Assembly: GCA_045568075.1 (NCBI GenBank) | Contig: JBJLBP010000001.1 | Coordinates: forward strand, 180,001 to 212,000 | Length of the DNA: 32,000 bases | Source: Candidatus Thalassarchaeaceae archaeon | GTDB lineage: Archaea > Thermoplasmatota > Poseidoniia > Poseidoniales > Thalassarchaeaceae | Direction of reading: 5' to 3' | Shown: positions 13,741-21,968 of the stretch, piece after piece | How positions within the stretch are numbered: the stretch's first letter is position 1 | Layout: each line of letters begins with the position of its first letter | The notes under the pieces: generated by a model | What the model was told of the DNA's origin: nothing | Seen by the model: only the letters and a program-made list of their open reading frames with translations | Database searches by the model: none | Translations under genes and position numbers: made by a program

Positions 13741-16722
13741 TTGGCTGGAATAAGTAAGAACGGCGTAGCCGAAGACGGCTGGATAGTTGTCAAGGGCGCG
13801 CGAACCCACAATCTTCGTGATATTGACGTGAAGATTCCACGTGGTAAATTCGTAGTCATATCCGGGGTCTCCGGTAGTGGCAAATCTAGCCTCGCATTCG
13901 ACACTCTGTACGCTGAGGGACAGCGTCGTTACGTCGAATCCCTCTCATCCTACGCGCGGCAATTCCTCGGCCAGATGAAAAAGCCGGACTGCGATAGCAT
14001 CGAAGGCCTCTCACCAGCCATCAGTATTGACCAGAAACAAGGTAGCCACAATCCTCGTTCAACAGTTGCGACAGTCACTGAAATCATGGATTACCTCCGT
14101 CTACTGTGGGCGCGAGTAGGGCTTCCACACTGCCCAGAATGCGGTAAGGAAGTTGCACGAAGAACAGTCCAGGAAATTGTCGACGACGTGCTCTGGCGCT
14201 TCGAGGGACACGCAATCGCCATCTGGTCACCTACAATCCGTGCTCGCAAGGGCACCCACGCAGACCTGTTCAGGGCACTAGTCGAACAGGGCTATCTTCA
14301 CGGCAGAGTCAATGGCCGAGAAGCGGAATTCGATGAACCACCAATTCTCGAAAAGAATTTGAGGCACGACATCGATGTCAGAATCGATCGCTTACGTCTA
14401 TCTCGCACAGCAAAACAACGCCTTACTGAAGCAGTCGCCGAAGGCATGCGACTTGGTGGCGGAGCAGTAGCAATTGAGAGCCTTGAAGCCCCAGTGGCCG
14501 AGAAAGGAGAGGACGCAAAAGCCCAGAGATTCCAGACTCAAATCGGCCAAACCATTGCTTACACCGAAGAGTTCGCTTGCCCAGAGCACGGTTCCTTCCT
14601 CCCTGAAGTAAGCCCTCGTGTGTTTTCATTCAACAACCCACTCGGAGCTTGTCCCGCGTGCCAAGGGTTGGGGATTCAACGAGAATTCTCCAACGACCTT
14701 GTCATCGATCGTCTCGCTACAGTTGAGGAGGGCTGTATACGACCATTCCGCAGTTCGATGATGTCAGGCTGGTATCGAAAGCAGATGACACAGGTATGCC
14801 AGCACTATGGAATACCATCTAACATTCCATTTGGAAATCTCGACGAGGATTCGAAAGACGTTCTTCTCTATGGCACAGGAAGCACTGCAATTAATTTCGA
14901 ATTTACTTCAGAGAAAGGCTCAGCCTACCAAATGACACGTCCTTGGGAAGGCGTCTTCGCGCGCATCCGTCGCACATACACTGACACCACCTCTGACCGC
15001 ACACGATCCCGCCTTGCATCCTACATGACTGATGAGCACTGCCCCGATTGCAATGGTCGCAAACTCAACCGTGCTGTAAGTGGGGTGACGGTTGGAGGAG
15101 TGACTCTACCCGCTTTCTCAGCATGCAGCGTTATCGAGGCGCTGGCGGTAGTGCAGAATTGGCGCCTCGGCACAACAGACGACACTTGGTCACGTCTCGA
15201 GCGCGATATCCCCACAACACAAATCGTCGAAATAACCGAACACCTCGACGAGCGAAGCCTATTCATTGGTAGCGAGGTAATCAAAGAAATCGAGGCTAGA
15301 CTGCGTTTCCTCGCACTCGTGGGTCTCGATTATCTAACACTCGATCGCCGTGCAAACACACTTTCGGGCGGGGAATCGCAACGCATCCGCCTAGCGACTC
15401 AGATTGGAACGCGCTTGACGGGAGTCATGTACGTCCTCGACGAACCCTCGATTGGCTTACACCCAAGAGACAACAACCGCCTCCTCGAGACTCTCCGAGA
15501 ACTCACAGAGCTTGGCAACACTCTACTCGTCGTCGAGCACGATGAGGCTACTCTGCGCCAGGCGGATTGGCTCGTCGACATGGGAATTGGTGCCGGCAGA
15601 GATGGAGGCGAGGTAGTAGCAAATGGGGATATCGACACTCTACTCACATCCAAAGACAGTATCACAGCAGCTTACCTTTCAGGCCGCAGCGAAATCCCAC
15701 TACCAGAAGACCCAGTAACTCCTGACGAGGATCGCTGGCTTACAATTCGCGGTGCCCGACAAAACAATCTGCGCGATCTCGACGTTGACATACCACTAGG
15801 TTGTATGATAGCAGTCACAGGAGTTTCAGGTTCAGGAAAATCATCACTCATCACAGAAACCTTGGCTCCGGCCTTACTCCGCGAATTACACGGTGCCGAC
15901 ACGACTCCAGGAAGCCACGACCGCATTGAAGGAATCGAACAAATTGACAAGACGATCGTCATTGACCAATCTCCCATTGGCCGTACCCCTCGTTCTAACG
16001 CTGCGACATATACGGGAGCATTCACGCCAATTCGAACTCTGCTGTCAGAGACCAAGCTCGCCCGTGAACGCGGTTACCAGCCAGGGCACTTCTCCTTCAA
16101 CGTCAAGGGAGGGCGATGCGAAGCCTGCAAGGGAGCCGGCTCGATGAAGCTGGAAATGAATTTCTTACCCGACGTCTGGGTCACTTGCGACATCTGCAAA
16201 GGCAAACGCTACACTCGAGAAACACTCGAGGTCAAATGGCGCGGAAAAACAGTCCATGACATCCTTGAAATGCCAGTTGAAGAGGCGAATGATTTCTTCA
16301 AAAATCAGCGCAGCATCCATCGAATACTTTCGACGTTGAAGGACGTTGGACTGGGATATATTCGCCTCGGTCAGCCAGCAACGACCCTCTCGGGCGGGGA
16401 GGCCCAGCGGGTGAAATTGGCAACGGAATTACACCGTCCCGCCCGCAAACACACAGTGTATATTCTCGATGAACCGACTACAGGATTGGCGATGTCCGAT
16501 GTCCACCAACTCATCGAAGTTCTTCTGAGATTGCGACGTAATGGCCACACGGTGATCATCATTGAACACCACCTCGACGTAGTCAAGTGCGCCGATTGGG
16601 TGCTTGATCTCGGCCCTGAAGGTGGAGAGCATGGTGGCGACATTGTCGCAGAGGGCACTCCCAAGGAAGTCGCAAGCAACAAGCACAGTTACACCGGCAA
16701 GCATCTGGAACCACTACTCTAG
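13741..16722 (+). CDS. uvrA: excinuclease ABC subunit A
   Basis: IVVKGARTHNLRDIDVKIPRGKFVVISGVSGSGKSSLAFDTLYAEGQRRYVESLS is present. There are two ABC modules (LSGGESQRIRLA, LSGGEAQRVKLA) and zinc-finger cysteines (CPECG, CPDCNG, CEACKG...CDICKG). The protein is 993 aa. Confidence 0.95.
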   Translation: MAGISKNGVAEDGWIVVKGARTHNLRDIDVKIPRGKFVVISGVSGSGKSSLAFDTLYAEGQRRYVESLSSYARQFLGQMKKPDCDSIEGLSPAISIDQKQGSHNPRSTVATVTEIMDYLRLLWARVGLPHCPECGKEVARRTVQEIVDDVLWRFEGHAIAIWSPTIRARKGTHADLFRALVEQGYLHGRVNGREAEFDEPPILEKNLRHDIDVRIDRLRLSRTAKQRLTEAVAEGMRLGGGAVAIESLEAPVAEKGEDAKAQRFQTQIGQTIAYTEEFACPEHGSFLPEVSPRVFSFNNPLGACPACQGLGIQREFSNDLVIDRLATVEEGCIRPFRSSMMSGWYRKQMTQVCQHYGIPSNIPFGNLDEDSKDVLLYGTGSTAINFEFTSEKGSAYQMTRPWEGVFARIRRTYTDTTSDRTRSRLASYMTDEHCPDCNGRKLNRAVSGVTVGGVTLPAFSACSVIEALAVVQNWRLGTTDDTWSRLERDIPTTQIVEITEHLDERSLFIGSEVIKEIEARLRFLALVGLDYLTLDRRANTLSGGESQRIRLATQIGTRLTGVMYVLDEPSIGLHPRDNNRLLETLRELTELGNTLLVVEHDEATLRQADWLVDMGIGAGRDGGEVVANGDIDTLLTSKDSITAAYLSGRSEIPLPEDPVTPDEDRWLTIRGARQNNLRDLDVDIPLGCMIAVTGVSGSGKSSLITETLAPALLRELHGADTTPGSHDRIEGIEQIDKTIVIDQSPIGRTPRSNAATYTGAFTPIRTLLSETKLARERGYQPGHFSFNVKGGRCEACKGAGSMKLEMNFLPDVWVTCDICKGKRYTRETLEVKWRGKTVHDILEMPVEEANDFFKNQRSIHRILSTLKDVGLGYIRLGQPATTLSGGEAQRVKLATELHRPARKHTVYILDEPTTGLAMSDVHQLIEVLLRLRRNGHTVIIIEHHLDVVKCADWVLDLGPEGGEHGGDIVAEGTPKEVASNKHSYTGKHLEPLL

Positions 16723-16783
16723 CCGACTAGTCAAAGAAAACCCCCCAATCAGACTAAACCAAAGTATTCCCCGTGGACACAGT

Positions 16784-19700
16784 ATGACAACCAGTAAACA
16801 GGGTATTAATCGAAAAATTTCGATATTGATTTCTGTATTATTGCTTCAAAGTGTTGCGATGACCATCAACGCAAGTAACGATGGCTTTTCCGGCGAATCA
16901 CATTTCTCCCATCCACCAGATGAGGTAGACCTGACGCCTTGGACGATAGATTGCTATGACGATTTCGAGGCAATATGGATATGGCAAAGCGATGATTTAC
17001 CCGCTGGAATAGACCCCCCGGCGGACTCAAACTTTGGTTTCTCAGATCGCTTCGGTGTAGGCATTACTGACTTGGAAGATGGAACATTTGAACTCGAGAG
17101 CTCAACCGGCGACACCGAAATATGGGATGGATGGACCAACGGGACCACTATCCAGATTCCAGACATTTCAAACCTCAGTCGAACCTATGCTTGTTATGCC
17201 GAGGAATTCCAATGGGACGATGACACTTGGAAATTCAATCACAATAGCACATGCGAAAACGAATACTTCCTTGATGTGGACAATACCTTTGCCGTGTTCG
17301 ATTACGTATTCTGGCATGACTATCTTTCCCAGTACTACCATTGGTCATCTAACTGGGAAGAGCTTGATGATGGCACAATCAACAATTATGTGGCAAACTC
17401 CTATTTCGCGGTCGATGATTCCCCCTACATCGGGAATATGACCGACAACGCAGGAATGACTCAAATCGTCGACATTCGCCTTCGAGATATACAAACCGAA
17501 TTCGACTACGACAATCACTATGCTGAGGACTTGCATAATAAGACTCAGAAGGCGATCGGTGGAATGGCCGCCGGAAGCGATGTAATTTCATATGAGACTC
17601 ATCTGATGGACCTATCACAGGTCAACTGGGTCTCTCTGTCTGGGAAAGGCACATTATCCGACCTTGCAAGCCCACCGGACATCAGTATCGATGAAGATAT
17701 TGAATGGCGAATCTCGCTCTGCGAGGTTTACAACTACGTATTTTATCTAGAGACCTCGAGAGATATATTCGGCTTTAGGTGGGTCGCCTTCGATCCCGAT
17801 TTCGTTCAGGAAGAAAACGAAGAAGAATCTCTTACGGCCGAGTCCCGCGAATTCTCCAATTGGGCCCTAGATTGTGAAAATGAATTTCCTTTCGATTTCG
17901 TTTGGATGGCGGCTTCCTATGGTGGTGAATTCACCCCTCCTGGTCTAGAGCCGATTAATCAGTCTCATCAAAGTACGTTCTACTACAACAACAATGGGAT
18001 CGGGATCACACTTCTTCCAAATGGAACATATCAGGTCGATGTGATAGGATGGAATGGCGATTTCAACACCCAATACTGGACAGCAAACTCGAGCATGCCA
18101 GCGTTCGAAATACCCACCCTTGAAACATTCAACCTACAGCTCCCCTGTTACTACCACCAATTCGGGAATTCACTGGGTTCGTTCAGTCCTCGCCATGGGA
18201 GCTGTAATGAGAATGTCCTGATCGACCTAAGCAATCCTGCTGGAGTGATTGACCATTACTATGACAACTCGCAAACATATTGGTGGCCGTTTAGCAGTTG
18301 GATCAACCATTACCTCTGGAGCAATGGCTCTGCTTGGAACGGGGACATGCTCGTGGAGAACAAGATTAGCATAATCTCAACCAACTCAAGCGTTCAGAGA
18401 AACAGCGATGGACAGCAAGATTGGTCTACTTACCAAACCGTTCTAACTATCGAGGAATTGAATGTCGGTAGCGCCAACCTCCAATACATCACCAATTCAC
18501 ACGATGGTTCGATCAGGTATATCCAAGGCATAGATACGATCGGTGACCTCGACCAAGTGCCCGACATTACACTGCCCGAGAATTACAATTGGAGGATCAC
18601 ACTATGCAGGCTAGCCGCATCAGTGGGGATTTACGACGCGCCATTTTCCATTGACGCATTTAGGTGGGTGGCCCTCCCCGAGCCCCCGGTAATCGAGATG
18701 ATCCCGGGATGCACCGACCACTTCGCCAACAACTTCGATGTCATTGCAAACGAAGACGACGGCTCGTGCGACTACGACCTCGATGACGACGGTGTCCTAG
18801 ATGCCGACGAGGTTGCAGGGTGCACCGATCCCACAGCCAACAACCACCGTACCACTGCGACGGAGGAGGATGGCTCGTGCGACTACGACCTCGATGACGA
18901 CGGCGTCCTGGATGCCGACGAGGTTGCAGGGTGCACCGATCCCACCGCCAATAACCACCACTGGTGGAGTCCTGCGACGGACGAGGACGGCTCGTGCGAC
19001 TACGACCTCGATGACGACGGGGTGCTGGATGCATTCGATCTGTGTCCATTGGCCGATGCTGGAAAAGTAGTTGATGAAAACGGCTGTTCTGCATCTCAGA
19101 GAGACGCAGATGGAGATGGCGTGTCGGATGAGTCCGACCAATGCTCCGGAACAGAATACGATGAGCAGGCGGACGGAAATGGCTGCGGCTCCAGTCAGCG
19201 CGATTCTGATTTTGATGGATACACTGACTCTGAAGACCAATGCCCAGAAACTCCACAGGACGAGGGTGTGGATCGGGATGGCTGCGGCCCCAGCCAGAGA
19301 GATACAGATTCAGACGGTCTGATGGATTCAGAAGACCCATGCCCAGAAACGTTTGGCTCAGTAGGCGGATGTCCAGCAATCACTATTGAACTCGAATTAC
19401 TGAATGAGATGACTGCGCCGGGAATGGCTAGTATTGCCATGACTCTGACTTGTGAGAGCGGCTGTAAGACCTCGATAAACGTCGACGGCAAGGAATATGG
19501 CCGTCTTGCTGAAGGTACTCATCTACTGATGGTAGCGGTCGACGACGGCCAGACCGTCATCGTCAACGGATCTTTCGGCATCTCATTCCTAATCGAGGAA
19601 TTGACGATCACATTCTCAACATCGGACGAGGAGGTGGTATTGTTAGATGAGTTGGAGCCCAACGAAGAACCAGCAGAATTAGCAGAAAATACACTCTCCA

Positions 19701-20407
19701 CCTTCATTGTAGGAAATGCACAACCAATAACTATGCTGGCATTTACGTCAATCATGGGTGCTGCCTTCGTTCAAGCAGAGTCCCTCAGATACCCCTTCTC
19801 GAAGAGATTCTGGTGGGGAATGGCATTCATGATTGGAGCTACTCGAAAAGACCATCGTGGAGAATTCCAAAGGGGCAGAATCATCGGAGTCCTGACAACC
19901 AATCAGGGAATCCACCTTTCTGCTTTGATTCGAATCCTCGGACTGGGGAACCATCAAGCAGCCCACCATCTAAGCGTTCTAGAAGAGCAGGGGAAAATTT
20001 GGCACCATAGGGTCGGAAGGGAAATCAGATTCTTCACATCAGATGTCCCGAAAGGAATGAAGACCGCTGATTTGCCAAATATTGACATCTCCATAAATGA
20101 GAACTCAGTACCATATCGAATTTTGGTGATACTCTATGAAAACCAGGATGCCCGGGGCTATGATTTTACCCAGAAGGAGTTAGCCTCCACGCTAAACTCT
20201 AGCAAGCAATTGGTCTCATACCACGTCAGGATATTGGAAGAGAGAGGATTCATCGAGAGGCAGAGGAGCGGGTTGGGATATCGGGTAGCAATTACTATCC
20301 AAGGGGTCCGCCATATTCTTGACGACAAGCACTCAGAGGGTAGTCAGATAGGTATTGACCAATCTATATTATTCGATTCGATCATGAATCTAAATGTCGA
20401 GAATTAG
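16784..20407 (+). CDS. 1207-aa secreted/membrane-anchored multidomain protein: signal peptide, two duplicated unknown modules, Ca-binding-type repeats, one TM helix, two C-terminal winged-helix domains
   Basis: I set the start at ATG 16784 because the ORF-track start at 16604 overlaps the uvrA 3' end. The N-terminus MTTSKQGINRKISILISVLLLQSVAMTINA looks like a Sec signal. There are many N-x-S/T sequons. The hydrophobic span TFIVGNAQPITMLAFTSIMGAAFV lies at ~19700-19775 and is followed by an R/K-rich segment. wHTH-like units lie at ~19871-20035 and ~20108-20305. Confidence 0.8.
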   Translation: MTTSKQGINRKISILISVLLLQSVAMTINASNDGFSGESHFSHPPDEVDLTPWTIDCYDDFEAIWIWQSDDLPAGIDPPADSNFGFSDRFGVGITDLEDGTFELESSTGDTEIWDGWTNGTTIQIPDISNLSRTYACYAEEFQWDDDTWKFNHNSTCENEYFLDVDNTFAVFDYVFWHDYLSQYYHWSSNWEELDDGTINNYVANSYFAVDDSPYIGNMTDNAGMTQIVDIRLRDIQTEFDYDNHYAEDLHNKTQKAIGGMAAGSDVISYETHLMDLSQVNWVSLSGKGTLSDLASPPDISIDEDIEWRISLCEVYNYVFYLETSRDIFGFRWVAFDPDFVQEENEEESLTAESREFSNWALDCENEFPFDFVWMAASYGGEFTPPGLEPINQSHQSTFYYNNNGIGITLLPNGTYQVDVIGWNGDFNTQYWTANSSMPAFEIPTLETFNLQLPCYYHQFGNSLGSFSPRHGSCNENVLIDLSNPAGVIDHYYDNSQTYWWPFSSWINHYLWSNGSAWNGDMLVENKISIISTNSSVQRNSDGQQDWSTYQTVLTIEELNVGSANLQYITNSHDGSIRYIQGIDTIGDLDQVPDITLPENYNWRITLCRLAASVGIYDAPFSIDAFRWVALPEPPVIEMIPGCTDHFANNFDVIANEDDGSCDYDLDDDGVLDADEVAGCTDPTANNHRTTATEEDGSCDYDLDDDGVLDADEVAGCTDPTANNHHWWSPATDEDGSCDYDLDDDGVLDAFDLCPLADAGKVVDENGCSASQRDADGDGVSDESDQCSGTEYDEQADGNGCGSSQRDSDFDGYTDSEDQCPETPQDEGVDRDGCGPSQRDTDSDGLMDSEDPCPETFGSVGGCPAITIELELLNEMTAPGMASIAMTLTCESGCKTSINVDGKEYGRLAEGTHLLMVAVDDGQTVIVNGSFGISFLIEELTITFSTSDEEVVLLDELEPNEEPAELAENTLSTFIVGNAQPITMLAFTSIMGAAFVQAESLRYPFSKRFWWGMAFMIGATRKDHRGEFQRGRIIGVLTTNQGIHLSALIRILGLGNHQAAHHLSVLEEQGKIWHHRVGREIRFFTSDVPKGMKTADLPNIDISINENSVPYRILVILYENQDARGYDFTQKELASTLNSSKQLVSYHVRILEERGFIERQRSGLGYRVAITIQGVRHILDDKHSEGSQIGIDQSILFDSIMNLNVEN
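18707..19042 (+). repeat. in-frame tandem repeat, three units of 111/111/~114 nt, inside the large CDS
   Basis: The GG(A/G)TGCACCGA unit starts recur at 18707, 18818 and 18929 (period 111). The GGCTCGTGCGACTACGACCTCGATGACGACGG core recurs at 18761, 18872 and 18989. Units 2 and 3 differ at only about 5 of 90 shared positions. Each unit encodes GCTDPxANN...DGSCDYDLDDDGVLDADEVA. Confidence 0.85.
19073..19350 (+). repeat. three thrombospondin-type-3-like calcium-binding repeats (protein-level repeats)
   Basis: SQRDADGDGVSDESDQC, SQRDSDFDGYTDSEDQCP and SQRDTDSDGLMDSEDPCP each follow the D-x-D-x-D-G-x-x-D-x-x-D-x-C(P) pattern. Confidence 0.6.
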
Positions 20408-20426
20408 ATTACAATCGGGTATCAGG

Positions 20427-20435
20427 TTTTGTTTT
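20427..20435 (+). terminator. possible archaeal oligo-T terminator after the large CDS
   Basis: TTTTGTTTT lies 20 nt downstream of the stop at 20407. Only the T-tract supports this call. Confidence 0.25.
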
Positions 20436-20548
20436 CATCTACCCCACCCTCACGCCCTCAACCGCAAACATCTGAAACCACTACTCTAGTCGAAATTTTC
20501 GATTTTCCGCGATGAACCTTTTGAGGGTCCTAGTTTGAGGCACCTCTA

Positions 20549-21319
20549 ATGATGCGCTCCGGCAATCCAGCATTGAACGACGAGACATTCTCCCCTTCTT
20601 CATATCAAGAGAAGCCATGGTGGGATGGCTTTGACATTGCAGATGAATCCACCACTATGTCAATAGAAGGGACGGCCGAGAAAACAGGAATTCTACTTGG
20701 TATTACAGTTCTCACAGCATTAGTTACGGCATTTTCTATGCCTGAATCAATGCCTTTGATGATGATTGGATGGATAGGTGGTTTCATCACAGCAATGATT
20801 GTGATATTCACCCGTTCTACCAACCCGATTCTAATTTGCATTTATGCAGCATTTGAGGGAATGGCTCTCGGAGGCATAACTTGGTTTTACGAATCAATCG
20901 ATGGTATGGCAGGAATTGGAATAGTTGCAGCGCTTCTCACATTCTGCATTTTAGGGGCAATGATCACTCTTTACAGATTTGGCTTGATACACTGGGATCG
21001 AAATACTGCAATCGCTGTAAGGTCCGCACTGTTGGGAATTCTGTTGGTTTACTTAATTACAGCCATAGGCTTTCTTTTTGGTTTTGAAATTCCTTACATT
21101 CATGGAGCAGGCCCTATTGGAATTGCATTCTCAGTATTCGTAATCGGCATCGCCGCTTTTTGTTTAGCAGCAGATTTTGATTTCATCGAGCGAGGCGTAC
21201 TTTCAGGTTCTCCTAAAGAGCTCGAATGGAGAGCTGCATTCGGATTGATGGTGACTCTCATCTGGCTATACTTGGAGATTCTCCATCTATTAGCCAAGAT
21301 TGCTATAGCCACCCGTTAG
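20549..21319 (+). CDS. Bax-inhibitor-1-like (BaxI_1 / YccA-related) integral membrane protein
   Basis: The N-terminus MMRSGNPALNDETF resembles the MRSSNPVF start typical of the BaxI_1 family. Six or seven hydrophobic helices follow, and a YAAFEGMALGGIT motif is present. The protein is 256 aa. Confidence 0.55.
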   Translation: MMRSGNPALNDETFSPSSYQEKPWWDGFDIADESTTMSIEGTAEKTGILLGITVLTALVTAFSMPESMPLMMIGWIGGFITAMIVIFTRSTNPILICIYAAFEGMALGGITWFYESIDGMAGIGIVAALLTFCILGAMITLYRFGLIHWDRNTAIAVRSALLGILLVYLITAIGFLFGFEIPYIHGAGPIGIAFSVFVIGIAAFCLAADFDFIERGVLSGSPKELEWRAAFGLMVTLIWLYLEILHLLAKIAIATR

Positions 21320-21332
21320 TTCGATTGCTCCC

Positions 21333-21968
21333 GTGCAACTCGATTTAATCCTCGGACTCGCTGTTGCAGGAGCAACACTCGGAGTAGTCGAGGGAATCAA
21401 GCCCGGACCGTTGCTGACGATGGTAATTCGCGAGACTCTTTCCGGGGGTCTTCGCGCAGGCCTGTGGACTGCGGCGGCTCCGATATTTACCGATGGCCCC
21501 CTTGTTATCGTCAGTCTATTCGCCGCCGCTTGGTTTGCGACTAATCCGCTCGCGTTATTGCTCATTTCTACCCTCGGTGCCGCGTTTCTGTTCAAGATGG
21601 GCCTCGAATGCTTCGGCATCGATCCACCTACTTACGACGAAGATGCCCCCCTTCCGACGGGCTCTTTTAGACGCGGCGTAATCACCAATCTTCTGAACCC
21701 GCATGTGTATGTGTTCTGGTTCCTCATCGGTGGCCCTCTCATGGCTTCCGCTGCCGCCACCGAACCTCTAGCACCGATTGCCTACGCGCTAACCTTCCTC
21801 TTCACCATCATGCTGGTCAAGGCGATTATTGCCTACGCATTCGACCGCGCACGCGGACAATTCTCTGAGCGCGGTTACAGAGCAGCACTCAGTGTATGCG
21901 GCGTGCTGATGTTAGGATTCGCCGTAGGCTATGCCTACCAAGCTTGGAGTCTATTCACTCAACTTTGA
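21333..21968 (+). CDS. LysE/RhtB family amino-acid efflux translocator
   Basis: It has a GTG start and is 211 aa with about 6 hydrophobic helices. The N-terminal GIKPGPLLTMVIRETLSGGLRAGL and the central NLLNPHVYVFW match LysE-family motifs. Confidence 0.7.
   Translation: MQLDLILGLAVAGATLGVVEGIKPGPLLTMVIRETLSGGLRAGLWTAAAPIFTDGPLVIVSLFAAAWFATNPLALLLISTLGAAFLFKMGLECFGIDPPTYDEDAPLPTGSFRRGVITNLLNPHVYVFWFLIGGPLMASAAATEPLAPIAYALTFLFTIMLVKAIIAYAFDRARGQFSERGYRAALSVCGVLMLGFAVGYAYQAWSLFTQL

Noticed and set aside
13741-16722. uvrA as a horizontally acquired 'orphan' in an archaeon (no uvrB or uvrC in the window)
   Set aside because: Bacterial-type UvrABC is common in mesophilic euryarchaea and the genes are often dispersed. 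This is not unusual enough to report as a finding.
16604-16783. The ORF-track start of the large ORF, 60 codons upstream of the signal peptide
   Set aside because: These codons overlap the last 119 nt of uvrA in another frame and encode no recognisable feature. ATG 16784 is immediately followed by a textbook signal peptide.
18707-19350. The possibility that the regular repeats are a CRISPR array or a mobile-element terminal repeat
   Set aside because: The repeats are in-frame, contiguous and without unique spacers, and they sit inside a long ORF. They encode coherent acidic Cys-framed peptide units, so they are coding tandem repeats.
18741-19379. A 212-aa antisense ORF (and 18797-19240 -, 18801-19070 +, 19071-19322 +) across the repeat region of the large gene
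   Set aside because: GAC/GAT-rich acidic repeats lack stop codons in several frames. The products are R/H/P-rich nonsense, and the sense frame is continuous with conserved domains on both sides.
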